Position numbers and translations under genes: made by a program. DNA of 64,000 bases from an uncultured bacterium (lineage in GTDB: Bacteria; Eisenbacteria; RBG-16-71-46; CAIMUX01; WJJG01): assembly GCA_964573295.1 (NCBI GenBank), contig CAZNJE010000013.1:14099-78098 (forward strand), read 5' to 3'. Positions 40,265 through 50,652 of this stretch are shown here, in pieces. Position 1 is the first letter of the stretch, and every line of letters starts with the position of its first letter. The notes below the pieces were generated by a model, which was not told the DNA's origin, did no database searches, and saw only the letters and a program-made list of their open reading frames with translations.

Positions 40265-41430
40265 AGGCGGTATCGAGCCAACCCCTTCGCCCCGGCGCGC
40301 GACTCCCGGCCGGCGCACGACTCCCGGCCGGCGCGCCCCCGCCGGCCAGCCTATTTCTGGCCGGCTTGCTGTTCCTGGCCGCCGGCTGCGAGAAGCCGGC
40401 CGAGGAGGTGCCCGAGGCGCCGCCGGTCTCGGTGGGCACGATGCGGCTCGCCCGGGAAACCCTGTCCGAATCCTACAACCTGACCGGCATCCTGCGCGCC
40501 TATCGCGATGTCGACATCGTGGCGGAGGTCTCGGGAAGCCCGGAGCGCGTGTTGCACGACGTGGGCGACGAGGTGTCTCGAGGCGCCGTCCTGGCCGTGC
40601 TCGAGAAGGAGGTGCCGCAGGCATCGCTGCGCCAGGCCGAAGCCGCCCTGCTCGCCTCCGAGGCCCGGGCCCGCGTGGCCGCCGCCGACTTCCGGCGCGA
40701 CTCGACCCTTCATGCCGCCGGCGACATTGCCGCCGCCGCCTTTGAGGCCAGCCGCATGGCGGCTCAGACCGCCCGCGCCGACTACCTCGCGAGCCAGGCC
40801 ACGCACGACCTGGCAGCCCGTGAGCTCCGCGAGACCGAGATCCGCGCGCCGCTAGGCGGCCGCGTCGCTCGCCGGATGATCGACGAAGGCGGCTTCGTCA
40901 CCCGGGGCACCCCGGTCTTCCGGATCGTCGATCTGGACTCGCTGAAGCTCTCGCTGTCGGTTTCCCAGCGAGACGTCGCTCGGATCGAGATAGGCGATCC
41001 CGTGTGGATCGACACCGGCCTCGCCACGATCCGGGGACGAATCCGGCGCATCGCCCCCGAGGCCGACGAGGTCTCCCGCACCTTCCCCGTCGAAGTGGTG
41101 CTGCCCAACACGCCGGCTCACGACCTGCGCGCCGGTATGGTGGTGCGGGTCACCCTCCAGCTCTCCGAGTATCCGGATGTGCTGGCAGTTCCCAAAGACG
41201 CCGTCCTCACCGAGGGCGGCGCGCCCTACGTCTTCGTCATCGTCCACGACACGCTCGCGGTTCGCCGCCCCGTCGCGCCCGGGTCACTCATCGATGACCG
41301 GGTCATCATCGAGGCCGGTCTTGCGCCGGGCGAGAGAATCATCCATGTGGGGCTGACGAGCTTGCGTGACTCCACGCGCATTCGCATCGACACCGGCAAC
41401 GAGCTGCCCGCTCGGGAGGTGGCCCGATGA
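40261..41430 (+). CDS. RND periplasmic adaptor lipoprotein
   Basis: Lipobox LAAGC; IRAPLGG, SRTFPVEV, LRAGM; ATGA coupling at both ends. Confidence 0.9.
   Translation: MKAVSSQPLRPGARLPAGARLPAGAPPPASLFLAGLLFLAAGCEKPAEEVPEAPPVSVGTMRLARETLSESYNLTGILRAYRDVDIVAEVSGSPERVLHDVGDEVSRGAVLAVLEKEVPQASLRQAEAALLASEARARVAAADFRRDSTLHAAGDIAAAAFEASRMAAQTARADYLASQATHDLAARELRETEIRAPLGGRVARRMIDEGGFVTRGTPVFRIVDLDSLKLSLSVSQRDVARIEIGDPVWIDTGLATIRGRIRRIAPEADEVSRTFPVEVVLPNTPAHDLRAGMVVRVTLQLSEYPDVLAVPKDAVLTEGGAPYVFVIVHDTLAVRRPVAPGSLIDDRVIIEAGLAPGERIIHVGLTSLRDSTRIRIDTGNELPAREVAR
40292..40337. repeat. 18-bp tandem repeat x2.5 encoding PAGARL
   Basis: Seen directly in the adaptor N-terminus. Confidence 0.8.
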
Positions 41431-44400
41431 GTACGCTCCCCCGTCTGTCGGTGGGCCAGCCGGTTCTGGTCAACCTCCTGATGGTGGGCATCATCGTGGG
41501 CGGCTTCTTCGCGCTGCTCGACATGCCCCAGGAGCTGAACCCCAACGTCAGCTTCAACTGGGTGTTCGTCACCATCCCCTACCCCGGCGCCTCGCCCGCC
41601 GAGGTGGAAGACTTGATCATCATTCCGGCCGAGGAAGAGGTCGATAAGATCGACCGCATCGACGAGCTCCTCTCGACGGCCGGGGAGGGCTGGGGGTTCC
41701 TGTGGATCAAGTTCGAGGAGATGTCGCAGCACGACTTCACCGCGGCCATGCAGGATGTGCGCATGCACATCGATCAGGCCGATCTTCCCAACGACATTGA
41801 GGACCCGATCATCGAAGACTTCGGGTCCGACGACTTCGCTCCGGTCATTTCGGTGGGCATCACCTTCTCCAGTGATGAGGACGCGGCCGCCGACATCGCC
41901 GACGACTTGGCCGACGACATCGAGCACATCGCCGATGTGGCCAAGGTGCAGATCTCCGGACTCGAAGACCGCGAAATCTGGGTCGAGGTGGACCCATTCC
42001 AGCTCGCCGCGCAGAATCTCACACTTTCGAGCGTCGTCGGCGCCCTGGCCGCCCGCAACATCAACCTGCCGGGCGGCAACGTCACGATCGGCCGCTCGGA
42101 GTACTTGGTCCGCGCGGTAAGCCGCTACGAGTCCCCGGAGGAGATCAGAGAGACCGTGCTCTTCTCGGCCCCCGACGGCCGGATCGTCCGTCTGGGAGAC
42201 GTGGCCCGGGTCCGCGCGGTCCGGGCCGAACAGACGGTGCTCGCGCGTTTGAACGGTACGCGCTCGATCACGATCTCGGTCTCGAAGAAAGCCGGTGGCT
42301 CCACCTACGCGCTGGCCGACGAGGTCAAGGCCCTGGTCGCCGAGTACGAGACCCGCAGTCCCGCGGGCATCGAGTACACGATCACGATGGACTCGACCGA
42401 GATGATCTCGGAGATCTTGGGCGTCCTGCGCAACAACGCGCTCTTCGGCATCGTCTTCATCTTCGCCATCCTGCTCACCTTCCTGGGCCTGGGCAACGCG
42501 TTGCTGGCCTCGATGGGCATTCCGCTCTCGTTTCTGATCACCTTCATCCTCATGAACCTCACCGGGCAGACGGTCAACGGCTCGAGTCTCTTCGCCCTCA
42601 TCATCGTGCTCGGGATCATCGTCGATGACGCCATCATCGTGATCGAGAATGTCCACTCGCATCGCCAGCGCGGCAAGCCGTTGCGCCAGGCGGTGATCGA
42701 AGGCACCGAGGAGGTGCTGGGGCCGGTCACCTCGGGCATCCTGACCACGATCGCGGCCTTCCTGCCACTCATGCTGCTGCCCGGCATCATGGGCAAGTTC
42801 ATGCGGGTGATTCCAATGGTGGTGAGCCTGGCCCTGCTCGCTTCGCTCTTCGAGGCGACCACGATCCTGCCGGCACACATCCACGACTGGACCCGCAAGG
42901 CCACCCATCACACGAAGCCGGAGATGCGTTTCTACGTGTGGCTGCGCGACCGCTACGAGCGCGGGCTGCGCGCGCTCCTGAAACGCCGCTATTGGGTGCT
43001 GGGTGCCACGGTCCTGCTGATGGCCCTGAGCACCATGGCGATCCCGCTGGTGGGGATCGAGCTCTTCGGCGAGGAGAACCTGGACTTCTTCACCGTGCTC
43101 GTGAAGCTTCCCGAGGGCAGTTCACTGGAAGAGACCGACCGGGTCATCGAACGCATCGAGGCCGCCGCGCTCGAGCTTCCGGCCGAGGATCTCCGCTACG
43201 TCGTGGCCAATGCCGGCCTCTACCAGGGCAACGACGAGTGGACGACGCGCAAGAGCGTGGGGCAGGTGGTTGTAACGCTCAAGCCCGCGGCCGAACGGGT
43301 GCGCTCGATCGATGAGATGATCGCGCTTCTGCGCGAGCGGGTGAGCGACATCAGTGGGATGACTTCCCTCCAGTTCCAGAAGCCCTCCGGCGGGCCGCCG
43401 ACCGGTAAGCCCATCTCGATCCGGGTAGCCGGCAAGCATCTCGATGAGCTCGAGAGCGCCGCCGCGGATCTGAAGGAGGTGCTGGGCACGGTTGCGGGGG
43501 TCTACGACATCGGCGACGACTTCCCGCGCGGCAAGAAGGAGATCCTGATCAAGGTCGATGAGGAGCGCGCCGCGCTGCTCGGCTTCTCGCCGCAGCAGAT
43601 CTCACTCGAGCTGCGTACCGCCATCGAAGGCGTGACCGCCACCACCTTCCGCGAGGGGGACGAGGATATCGACGTCATCGTGAAGCTCGCCGACTCGAAG
43701 CAGCAGTCCTTGGAGGACATCGGCAGCCTGAAGCTCACCAGCCTGCACGGCGGAAACGTACCGGTGAAGGATCTGGCGGAGATGACCGTGCGCGACGGCG
43801 CCTCCGAGATCAAGCACCGCAACCTGACGCGAACGATCATGGTGACCGCCGAGCTGGACGACGAGATCGTTTCCTTGGATGAGGCGGTCGCCCAGGCGCG
43901 GCGCCACTTCGATCGAATCGCCGCGCGCTATCAGGACGTGCGGTTCGAGATGGGAGGCGAGTTCGAGGAGTTCACCACGGCCTTCAACAACATCGCGATG
44001 CTCTTCGGTGTGGGCGTCCTCCTGATCTACTTGATCCTGGGCACCCAATTCCGCTCCTACATCCAGCCGATCATCATCCTGTTGACCGTGCCGCTGGCCT
44101 TCATCGGCGCCATGGTCGGCCTCATGATCAACGGCGATCGGTTCAGCATCGTGACCCTCTTCGGCATCGTGGCGCTGGCCGGGATCGTGGTGAATGATTC
44201 GATCGTCATGATCGCCTTCATCAACAATGCCCGCCTCCGCGGCCAGGATCGCTGGGAGTCGATCGTCGCCGGCGGCCGGCAGCGCCTGCGGCCGATCATC
44301 CTCACCTCGGTGACCACCATCGGCGGCCTGTTGCCCACCGCCATCGGTCTTGGCGGCAGCTCCAGCGTCTGGCGGCCCCTGGCGAGCACGATCGCCTACG

Positions 44401-44510
44401 GCCTGCTCTTCTCGACGATCCTGACCCTCTTCGTAATCCCTGCGTTTCTGGCAATCGTCGACGACGTCAAGAAACGGACCGGCGCCTCGCTCATGCCCCG
44501 GAAGGAGTAG
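41427..44510 (+). CDS. AcrB/AcrD/AcrF family RND permease
   Basis: GIIVDDAIIVIEN, GIVVNDSI, RLRPIILTSVTT, WRPLASTIAYGL. Confidence 0.95.
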   Translation: MSTLPRLSVGQPVLVNLLMVGIIVGGFFALLDMPQELNPNVSFNWVFVTIPYPGASPAEVEDLIIIPAEEEVDKIDRIDELLSTAGEGWGFLWIKFEEMSQHDFTAAMQDVRMHIDQADLPNDIEDPIIEDFGSDDFAPVISVGITFSSDEDAAADIADDLADDIEHIADVAKVQISGLEDREIWVEVDPFQLAAQNLTLSSVVGALAARNINLPGGNVTIGRSEYLVRAVSRYESPEEIRETVLFSAPDGRIVRLGDVARVRAVRAEQTVLARLNGTRSITISVSKKAGGSTYALADEVKALVAEYETRSPAGIEYTITMDSTEMISEILGVLRNNALFGIVFIFAILLTFLGLGNALLASMGIPLSFLITFILMNLTGQTVNGSSLFALIIVLGIIVDDAIIVIENVHSHRQRGKPLRQAVIEGTEEVLGPVTSGILTTIAAFLPLMLLPGIMGKFMRVIPMVVSLALLASLFEATTILPAHIHDWTRKATHHTKPEMRFYVWLRDRYERGLRALLKRRYWVLGATVLLMALSTMAIPLVGIELFGEENLDFFTVLVKLPEGSSLEETDRVIERIEAAALELPAEDLRYVVANAGLYQGNDEWTTRKSVGQVVVTLKPAAERVRSIDEMIALLRERVSDISGMTSLQFQKPSGGPPTGKPISIRVAGKHLDELESAAADLKEVLGTVAGVYDIGDDFPRGKKEILIKVDEERAALLGFSPQQISLELRTAIEGVTATTFREGDEDIDVIVKLADSKQQSLEDIGSLKLTSLHGGNVPVKDLAEMTVRDGASEIKHRNLTRTIMVTAELDDEIVSLDEAVAQARRHFDRIAARYQDVRFEMGGEFEEFTTAFNNIAMLFGVGVLLIYLILGTQFRSYIQPIIILLTVPLAFIGAMVGLMINGDRFSIVTLFGIVALAGIVVNDSIVMIAFINNARLRGQDRWESIVAGGRQRLRPIILTSVTTIGGLLPTAIGLGGSSSVWRPLASTIAYGLLFSTILTLFVIPAFLAIVDDVKKRTGASLMPRKE

Positions 44511-44618
44511 CCGGGCAGCGCACGCCTGGTGCCAGATGCCTGACAGCAAATGCCTCGCAGGCAGATGCCCGACACGCAAGCACCTCGCAGGACCTCGCAG
44601 GAAGATGCCCGACACGCA

Positions 44619-44663
44619 AATGCCCGCCGCGGACAGCTGGGCAGCTGTCCACCGGCGGGCATT
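44619..44663. terminator. Strong hairpin between convergent genes
   Basis: AATGCCCGCCG/CGGCGGGCATT outer stem and GGACAGCTG/CAGCTGTCC inner stem. Confidence 0.6.
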
Positions 44664-44691
44664 CGTGAACTTTTGACAGCGGGAGGAGCTG

Positions 44692-44985
44692 TTACCAGCG
44701 ATTCCGGCCGCCACCGCCGCCGCCACCGCGGGGACGGTCCTCACGGGGACGGGCCTCGTTGACCTTCAGGTTCCGACCGCCGAACTCGGTCTCGTTCAGA
44801 GCGCTGATGGCCTCGTTGGCCCCTTCGCTCATCTCGACAAAACCGAATCCGCGGGGACGGCCCGTGTCGCGATCCGTGATGAGTTTCACCGAATCCACCT
44901 GCCCGTACTGCCCAAAGAGGTCGCCAAGTCCTTCCTCCGTCGCGTCGAACGGAAGATTGCCTACATAGATCTTCTTCATTGTCAT
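44692..44985 (-). CDS. RRM-domain RNA-binding protein with Gly-rich tail
   Basis: RNP2 IYVGNL, RNP1 [18 protein letters not shown]. Confidence 0.95.
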   Translation of the reverse strand: MTMKKIYVGNLPFDATEEGLGDLFGQYGQVDSVKLITDRDTGRPRGFGFVEMSEGANEAISALNETEFGGRNLKVNEARPREDRPRGGGGGGGRNRW

Positions 44986-45287
44986 GTCCTCGCTACGCGC
45001 CTGCATCCACAGCAACGCACGTCGAGTTACCAACCGCAGGAAAGAGGGTGAAACCTGAACTCAGGAAGGCGAGGCGGAAACCGCTTTCACTTCACGAGGG
45101 AAGTCACCTACTTGCCTTGTGGGAACACCCCACGGCGCGGAACGGTATCACGTTCCTCCGCCAGAATGCCAGAAAATTCGTGCAGGCCGATCGGGTGCCG
45201 CCCAGCAGAATCAGGACCCGCCCCGCGCCCGACGTCTCCCCGGATCGATGCTCGCAACGCGTACTCTTGTAAGCAGATCGCGTTCTC

Positions 45288-45975
45288 GTGCGCAGGTGGC
45301 GAACGGTCGTTGCCGGCCGTTTTGTTGCTGTTGGTCTCGGGATTGCTTGCGGCGCCGGCGGCAGGACAGCAGAAGGCCATCGATCTTTGCCTGTTCGGCG
45401 GCATCAACCTGGCGAATCTCGATACCGATCCCGAGCCGGACCCATCTCTCGAGAACCTCATGCGCTTCTGAGGCGGTGCGGGACTCTGTTTCAACATCCG
45501 CCGCGGCCTGAGCTTGGAGATCGAGGGCCTCTATATTGGAAAAGGCGCTAGCGGGGAAAGCAACGGCACCGAGTACGAGACCCACCTGGACTACATCGCG
45601 GTCAGTCCCGTGCTGCGCATCGCACCGTCGATTCGCCACTCGGGCTTCTATCTTCTGGCCGGCGCCGAGTTCGCCTTCTTGTTGGGGGCGACCTCGGCAA
45701 GCGGGGATGGCGACCTGGAGGGTGCCTCGACCACGAGCTCGAACGAGCGGGACATCAAGGATTCCTTGAACGACACCGACTTCGGCGTGTGCGCCGGGCT
45801 CGGCCTCCAGATCGGCGGCGAGGGGCAAGTGGCCTTCACCCTGGAAGGCCGCTACGTCCTGGGACTGACCAACATCTTAGACACCGGCATCGAGGATGAT
45901 CACCTCCCGGAGGACTCGATCGACCCTGAGTGGAAGACGCAGGGAATCTACGTGTTCGCCGGTCTCCGCCTCTAG
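45288..45975 (+). pseudogene. Outer-membrane beta-barrel (porin-family) gene with in-frame TGA at 45469-45471 and a probable signal-peptide frameshift
   Basis: GGINLA...RF*GGAG...LEIEGLYIGKG...LDYIAVSPVLR...DFGV.AGLG...EGRYVLGLTNI...FAGLRL. The two flanking ORFs are in the same frame. Confidence 0.75.
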
Positions 45976-45976
45976 G

Positions 45977-46023
45977 AGGAGCCCGGATTCCGAGGAGCCC
46001 GGATTCCGAGGAGCCCGGATTCC
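45977..46023. repeat. 16-bp tandem repeat x3 (AGGAGCCCGGATTCCG)
   Basis: Seen directly after the porin stop codon. Confidence 0.9.
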
Positions 46024-46108
46024 AGATTCCCTTGGGCCCTCTTCGGTAGCGCAGTTTCCCTGGGCAGCTCCGGCTCTCCTCGGCCGCCCTGTGGATCCGC
46101 CGACGCCC

Positions 46109-49015
46109 TCAGTTGGCCGCAAGCCCCGAGAAGAACGCCCGCATATCCGGGTCATAGATCGGCTCGGGCGCCACCCTTTGGAGAAGATCCAGCGTGCTCT
46201 CCAACTCGAAGGCCGGGTCGAGGACGAAGATCTTCTGATACTCCTGCCGGGCGCGGTCCTCGTCGCCTTGGCGGTAGAAGCACGCACCCAGAAGCTGATA
46301 GAGAATGACGCGCTGCCGGGGGGTCAAACGGGCAGCGTCACGCACGACCATCTGGCCGAGGCAATCGGCTGCGCCCGAGAACTCCTCCGCGCGCCAGTGC
46401 GCCAGAGGTTCGGCGAGAAGCGCGCGTAAGTCCAGCAGAGCCACGTGCTCATCGTAGTGGGCTCGTAGCTCCGCGCAGTCCGGCGAAATCGCGCCCGCAT
46501 AGGTGCGGATGAAGACGGCTGCCGTGATCGTATCTCCGGCAACCATGGCCGAATCATAGACCGCTTGGGTTGCGTCGATCAGCGCCGAGTCGGCCAGCTC
46601 GGCGCAGGGGAGGTTGGCGTTCGTCACCTCGAGCAGGATATCCGCCGCCGCGTTCGGCTCGCCCAGGGCGAGATGAGCCCGCGTCATCACGATTCCGTAG
46701 CGAACCCGCTGGGCATCGGCGACCGACGCTCGCAGCGGCGTTCCGGTGGCCACGACCTCAGCGGCATCGCCGCCCTCGGCCGCAGCAAGGAACAAGACGA
46801 GCTGAAGACGCTCGCGCATCTCCGGCGCGGCATTGAATGAATCGGTTCCCTCGCTGGCCAGCTGTGTCAGGGTCTGCTGTGCCCAGTCGACCGCGGTGGG
46901 GAGATCCCCCGCGCCGTCGGGCCCCATCGCCATCAAGCCTGGCAAGGCCACCGGCCGGCTGGGTTTTCCCGGCATGCCCCCCAATCCCACAGCCGCCACC
47001 CGCAGGGCCGCCGGCGTCGTGCCCGCCGACTCGGCCAGCGGCACGTGGATACGGTGGTCATTGCCCCGGTAGAGCAGGCTGTCCGGCCCGTTGCCCTCCG
47101 AATTGTGGTACCCGTAGACCTCGTAGCCGGTCACATAGCGGCCCAGGCACTCGTCCCAGAGCACGTTCGCCCCGCCGGCATCGTAGACCACGCTGAAGCG
47201 ATCGGGCGTCGGCAGGGTGGCCGACCAGTGATAGACATGCGTGCACCGCTCCTTGCGGTCGGGCACGTAGATGTTGCCGCGATCGTCGGCCAACAGGCCG
47301 GCCGGCTCACCATAGGCTCTCTCGGGACCGAATGCGAAGATCACCTCTTGGCCGGCCGGATCGATGACCGAGATGCGCTGGCTCTCGCCGTTCAGCACGA
47401 CGAAGTTGCCGGCTGGGTCGAAGGTGAGTCCGGCCAACTTGGCGGGAAACGCCGGACTCAAGATCGGCTCAACGCGGTCTTGGCCGGCTGGAATCATCGA
47501 CAGTCCGGTGCCGTCTTCCGACCAAACGTAGATGTTGTCCTGACCGTCACAGGCAACCCCGACCGGCTTGCGAAACTCGATGCTGTTGACGCTGGCCAGG
47601 TCGGAGCTGACGATGCGCACGTGGTTGGTGTTCCTGTCCGCCACCACGATGCAACCGCTGCGGGCGATCGCCACGCCGCGCGGATCATCGAATCGGCGGT
47701 CGTCCCGGTAGCCATCGCCCAGCGTTGCGATCAGCTTGCCGCTCGTGCGCTCGTAGACGGCAATGCGGTCCTTCGACGGATCCGACACCACGAGCCACAC
47801 CTCGTTCACGGCCACCGAACCCACCGATTCGAGCTGGTCACGATACTCCGCGGCCAGCGCACCCATGTCGGGTTCATACGCCTGCGCGGGATCGCCGGCG
47901 CTGGTCGCGAACTCGGTTGCACGCACGGGATGGGCGAGAATGACCTTCTCATCGGCAAAGCAGAAGCTACGAACGCCATCTTCGCCGCGATCGATGGCTT
48001 CGAGCACAGCCTCGATCTTCCCCGGCCGGGCGTAGCACGCGGTGATCGCCATGCGCCTAGATCCCGGAACCGATGGTGCGTCTTCAGCCGTGATCCGGAT
48101 GCGCTCGACCTTGCGGACCTTCCGGTCGAGGATGAGGAGTTCATCTCCGCTCACCCAGGCCAGGCCGATGGCCTCATCGAACGATCCGAAGGCGTCTCCC
48201 AAACCGCCATACACGTAGTCGCTGGCGCCGACGGGCGTCTCATCCAGCGGGCAACGGCGCCAGAGCTTACCCGTCCTTCGATCGAGTAGGAACAGCGTGC
48301 CGCAGTCGCTCGACACCATGTCGGCAACGTCCTCCAGCTCGCCGCCGCGAAGCATGATGCTCTTGGCGCAAGAGCCCGGCAGCGGTCCCGTCCACGGCAC
48401 TGCATTGTAGGAAGGCAGCTGGTAGAAGCGCCGCTGGAGCGCCTTGTCGCTGATGTAGATCATGCCGTCGGGCGTCACCGCGAGCGCAGTTGGCTCGGCC
48501 AGCAAGTCGGCCGGGGTCACTTCGCGAATGAAGAGCCCGGTTGACGAGAAGATCTGTACACCCTTGCGTCCCTTGTCGAGGATGTGAAGCAGGCCCTCCG
48601 GACCGCGGGCCATGTCGATGGGGTCGCGGAATTCTCCGGCGTAACCGCCTCCCCGGCCGAATGTCCCCAGGAGCTGCCCCGCGGCATCGTAGGTTACGAC
48701 CTGCTTTCGGTTGCTATCGAGAATGAGCATGCGGCCGGCCTCACCGGCGACGATCGCCACAGGCCGTTCCAGTTCGCCCATTCCGTAGGTGTGAAGCAGC
48801 TCGCCCTCACCGTTGAAGACCACCACCTTGCCCTCACCATCCAGGACGTGGATCCGATCCTGACCGTCGACGGTCAGTGCCAGCGGATCCTTGACGGTCA
48901 GCCCCACATCCCGCGGCGGCAGGTCGAAAGACTTCTCTCTCAGATAGGAAGCCTGCTGGGCGTGGGCGGCGGTCATCGACAGCATCAAACTCCACAAGAG
49001 CATCATCAAGCGCAC
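46109..49015 (-). CDS. Large secreted NHL-repeat (two propellers), FN3-like and TPR protein
   Basis: GTG start after GGAGGGGAGG; signal peptide; NHL repeats (FRDPIDMARG, FDDPRGVAI, YGEPAGLLADDRGNIYVPD); C-terminal TPR-like helices. Confidence 0.8.
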   Translation of the reverse strand: MRLMMLLWSLMLSMTAAHAQQASYLREKSFDLPPRDVGLTVKDPLALTVDGQDRIHVLDGEGKVVVFNGEGELLHTYGMGELERPVAIVAGEAGRMLILDSNRKQVVTYDAAGQLLGTFGRGGGYAGEFRDPIDMARGPEGLLHILDKGRKGVQIFSSTGLFIREVTPADLLAEPTALAVTPDGMIYISDKALQRRFYQLPSYNAVPWTGPLPGSCAKSIMLRGGELEDVADMVSSDCGTLFLLDRRTGKLWRRCPLDETPVGASDYVYGGLGDAFGSFDEAIGLAWVSGDELLILDRKVRKVERIRITAEDAPSVPGSRRMAITACYARPGKIEAVLEAIDRGEDGVRSFCFADEKVILAHPVRATEFATSAGDPAQAYEPDMGALAAEYRDQLESVGSVAVNEVWLVVSDPSKDRIAVYERTSGKLIATLGDGYRDDRRFDDPRGVAIARSGCIVVADRNTNHVRIVSSDLASVNSIEFRKPVGVACDGQDNIYVWSEDGTGLSMIPAGQDRVEPILSPAFPAKLAGLTFDPAGNFVVLNGESQRISVIDPAGQEVIFAFGPERAYGEPAGLLADDRGNIYVPDRKERCTHVYHWSATLPTPDRFSVVYDAGGANVLWDECLGRYVTGYEVYGYHNSEGNGPDSLLYRGNDHRIHVPLAESAGTTPAALRVAAVGLGGMPGKPSRPVALPGLMAMGPDGAGDLPTAVDWAQQTLTQLASEGTDSFNAAPEMRERLQLVLFLAAAEGGDAAEVVATGTPLRASVADAQRVRYGIVMTRAHLALGEPNAAADILLEVTNANLPCAELADSALIDATQAVYDSAMVAGDTITAAVFIRTYAGAISPDCAELRAHYDEHVALLDLRALLAEPLAHWRAEEFSGAADCLGQMVVRDAARLTPRQRVILYQLLGACFYRQGDEDRARQEYQKIFVLDPAFELESTLDLLQRVAPEPIYDPDMRAFFSGLAAN

Positions 49016-49291
49016 GGTAACCTCCCCTCCATGTGGATGAACGCTCCTATCTTGCGACAACTTCCGCAGGTCGCGCAAGGGGGACTGGGACGGCGGACGA
49101 AGGGTTGCAGGGATCGACTGATTGCGTTCCGCCTGATGGTCCTTCCGAGGAAAACTAGTGAATCCCGGCTGTGCCTCCTGGAATCGGTCCGACCACTGAA
49201 TCCTTCTTGATCGGCTTACGACCAAACGGCACAATCGACCGTGCCGTTCGACGCCGAACGTACGGTTCGAAGCCCCATCGGAGCTGGATGA

Positions 49292-49702
49292 ATGACTCGC
49301 GATCACATCATCAAGACGCTGCGTGATCTCCTGCGGGAAGCACACCCAGAGGTCCAGACCGCCTACCTGTTCGGAAGCGTTGCCCGAGACGAGGCTCGGG
49401 TGTCCAGCGACATCGATGTGGCGGTTCTCTTGCGTAAGACACCACCGCCGACTCTGGATGGACTGGGTGCATCACTTCGCATCCAAGACAATGCCGAAGC
49501 GAAGCTGAGGCAACCGGTTGACGTGGTTGTCCTGAACACTGCTCCCATCGATCTCATTCACCGAGTACTGCGGGACGGGGTGATCTTGCTTGATCGCGAC
49601 TCGCCGCAGCGGGTCCGTTTTGAGGCCAGATCATGTCTTGCTTACCTGGACTTCCTTCCGGTGCTTCGGCTATATCGACGACCAAGAGGTATCCAGCCGT
49701 GA
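49292..49702 (+). CDS. Minimal nucleotidyltransferase (MNT antitoxin)
   Basis: AYLFGSVARD...SDIDVAV, VDVVVLNTAP. Confidence 0.9.
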   Translation: MTRDHIIKTLRDLLREAHPEVQTAYLFGSVARDEARVSSDIDVAVLLRKTPPPTLDGLGASLRIQDNAEAKLRQPVDVVVLNTAPIDLIHRVLRDGVILLDRDSPQRVRFEARSCLAYLDFLPVLRLYRRPRGIQP

Positions 49703-50115
49703 CGGATCCCGAGCTCCTGGAAAAGAAATTGGCCTTTGTCGAGACGTGTGTGAGTGAGCTTCGCTCGATGGCCGACCCCGGCCGCCTTGATTCCGATCTT
49801 CGCGAAGAGCGCTTCGTGGTTCACACCCTTCAAATCGCGATTCAGGCTGTGCTGGATGTCGGTGCGCACATCTGTGCAGCCGAGCGATTGGGTGAACCCC
49901 AAAGCTACCGCGAGATCTTCGATCTCCTCGTGAAGCACGGTTGGTTGCCCGCTACCTACGCGACCTCACTGCGCAACATGGCGGGTTTCCGAAACGTCGT
50001 CGTTCATGGCTATGAATCCGTGAACCTGGGGGTTGTGAGGGAGATTCTGGAATCCCACCTGCAGGACTTGCTCGATTTCGTCGCGGCAATTCGGGAAAGG
50101 CTCCGGGCTGACTGA
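49699..50115 (+). CDS. HEPN/DUF86 toxin
   Basis: GTGA overlap with MNT; IQAVLDVGAHI, PQSYREIF; RxxxxH motif FRNVVVHGY. Confidence 0.9.
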   Translation: MTDPELLEKKLAFVETCVSELRSMADPGRLDSDLREERFVVHTLQIAIQAVLDVGAHICAAERLGEPQSYREIFDLLVKHGWLPATYATSLRNMAGFRNVVVHGYESVNLGVVREILESHLQDLLDFVAAIRERLRAD

Positions 50116-50149
50116 CGGTCGCCCCCCAAGACACTCAGATGCCCAATGG

Positions 50150-50652
50150 GTGCGAGGCCCGCTCCCAGCTTCACTCGGCCGCCGGGCACGGATCCTCGAA
50201 CTGGAGGAGCAGGTGGCCGCGCTGCAAGCGGAAGCGCGACGCTACCGCACGCTCTTCGATGCCTTCCCAGGCGGCCTCACCATTGCTGACGCGGAAGGCA
50301 AAGTCGTTGGCCGGCGTCATCGCACTTCGTGAAGGACGGCCGGTCTTCAACCAGGAGATGGGCGTGATGACCGATGAGGGTGTGACCTGGATCAATGTGT
50401 CGGCGGCCCTGCTCCCCCCGAAGAAGGAGGCATCGTGATCACCTACAACGATGTGACCGAAGGCCGGCACACCGAGGCGGATCCAGCCGCCTACGACCTG
50501 GTCATCTGAGCCCGGAAGAGGCCAAATCGATCTGCGCCCAACGAGGCCTACTCAAGCCGGTCACGAGGGCCGACTTGTCACGCGCGGTTCGCGAGGTCTT
50601 GGATCAGGCAGCGTCAGCGCCGCTCGGTCAGCCACCAGACCAGCAGCAATAA
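50150..50652 (+). pseudogene. Relic of a PAS hybrid histidine kinase/receiver gene
   Basis: Fragments in successive frames: ILELEEQV...RYRTLFDAFPGGLTIADAEGKV; WINVSAALLP; GIVITYNDVTE; YDLVI; LLKPVTRADLSRAVREVLD. No H-box or HATPase domain. Confidence 0.7.

Noticed and set aside
45469-45471. TGA read-through (genetic code 25 Gly, or selenocysteine) in the porin gene
   Set aside because: TGA is an ordinary stop in several clear genes here (6097, 36529, 40264, 41430), and the porin shows other signs of damage.
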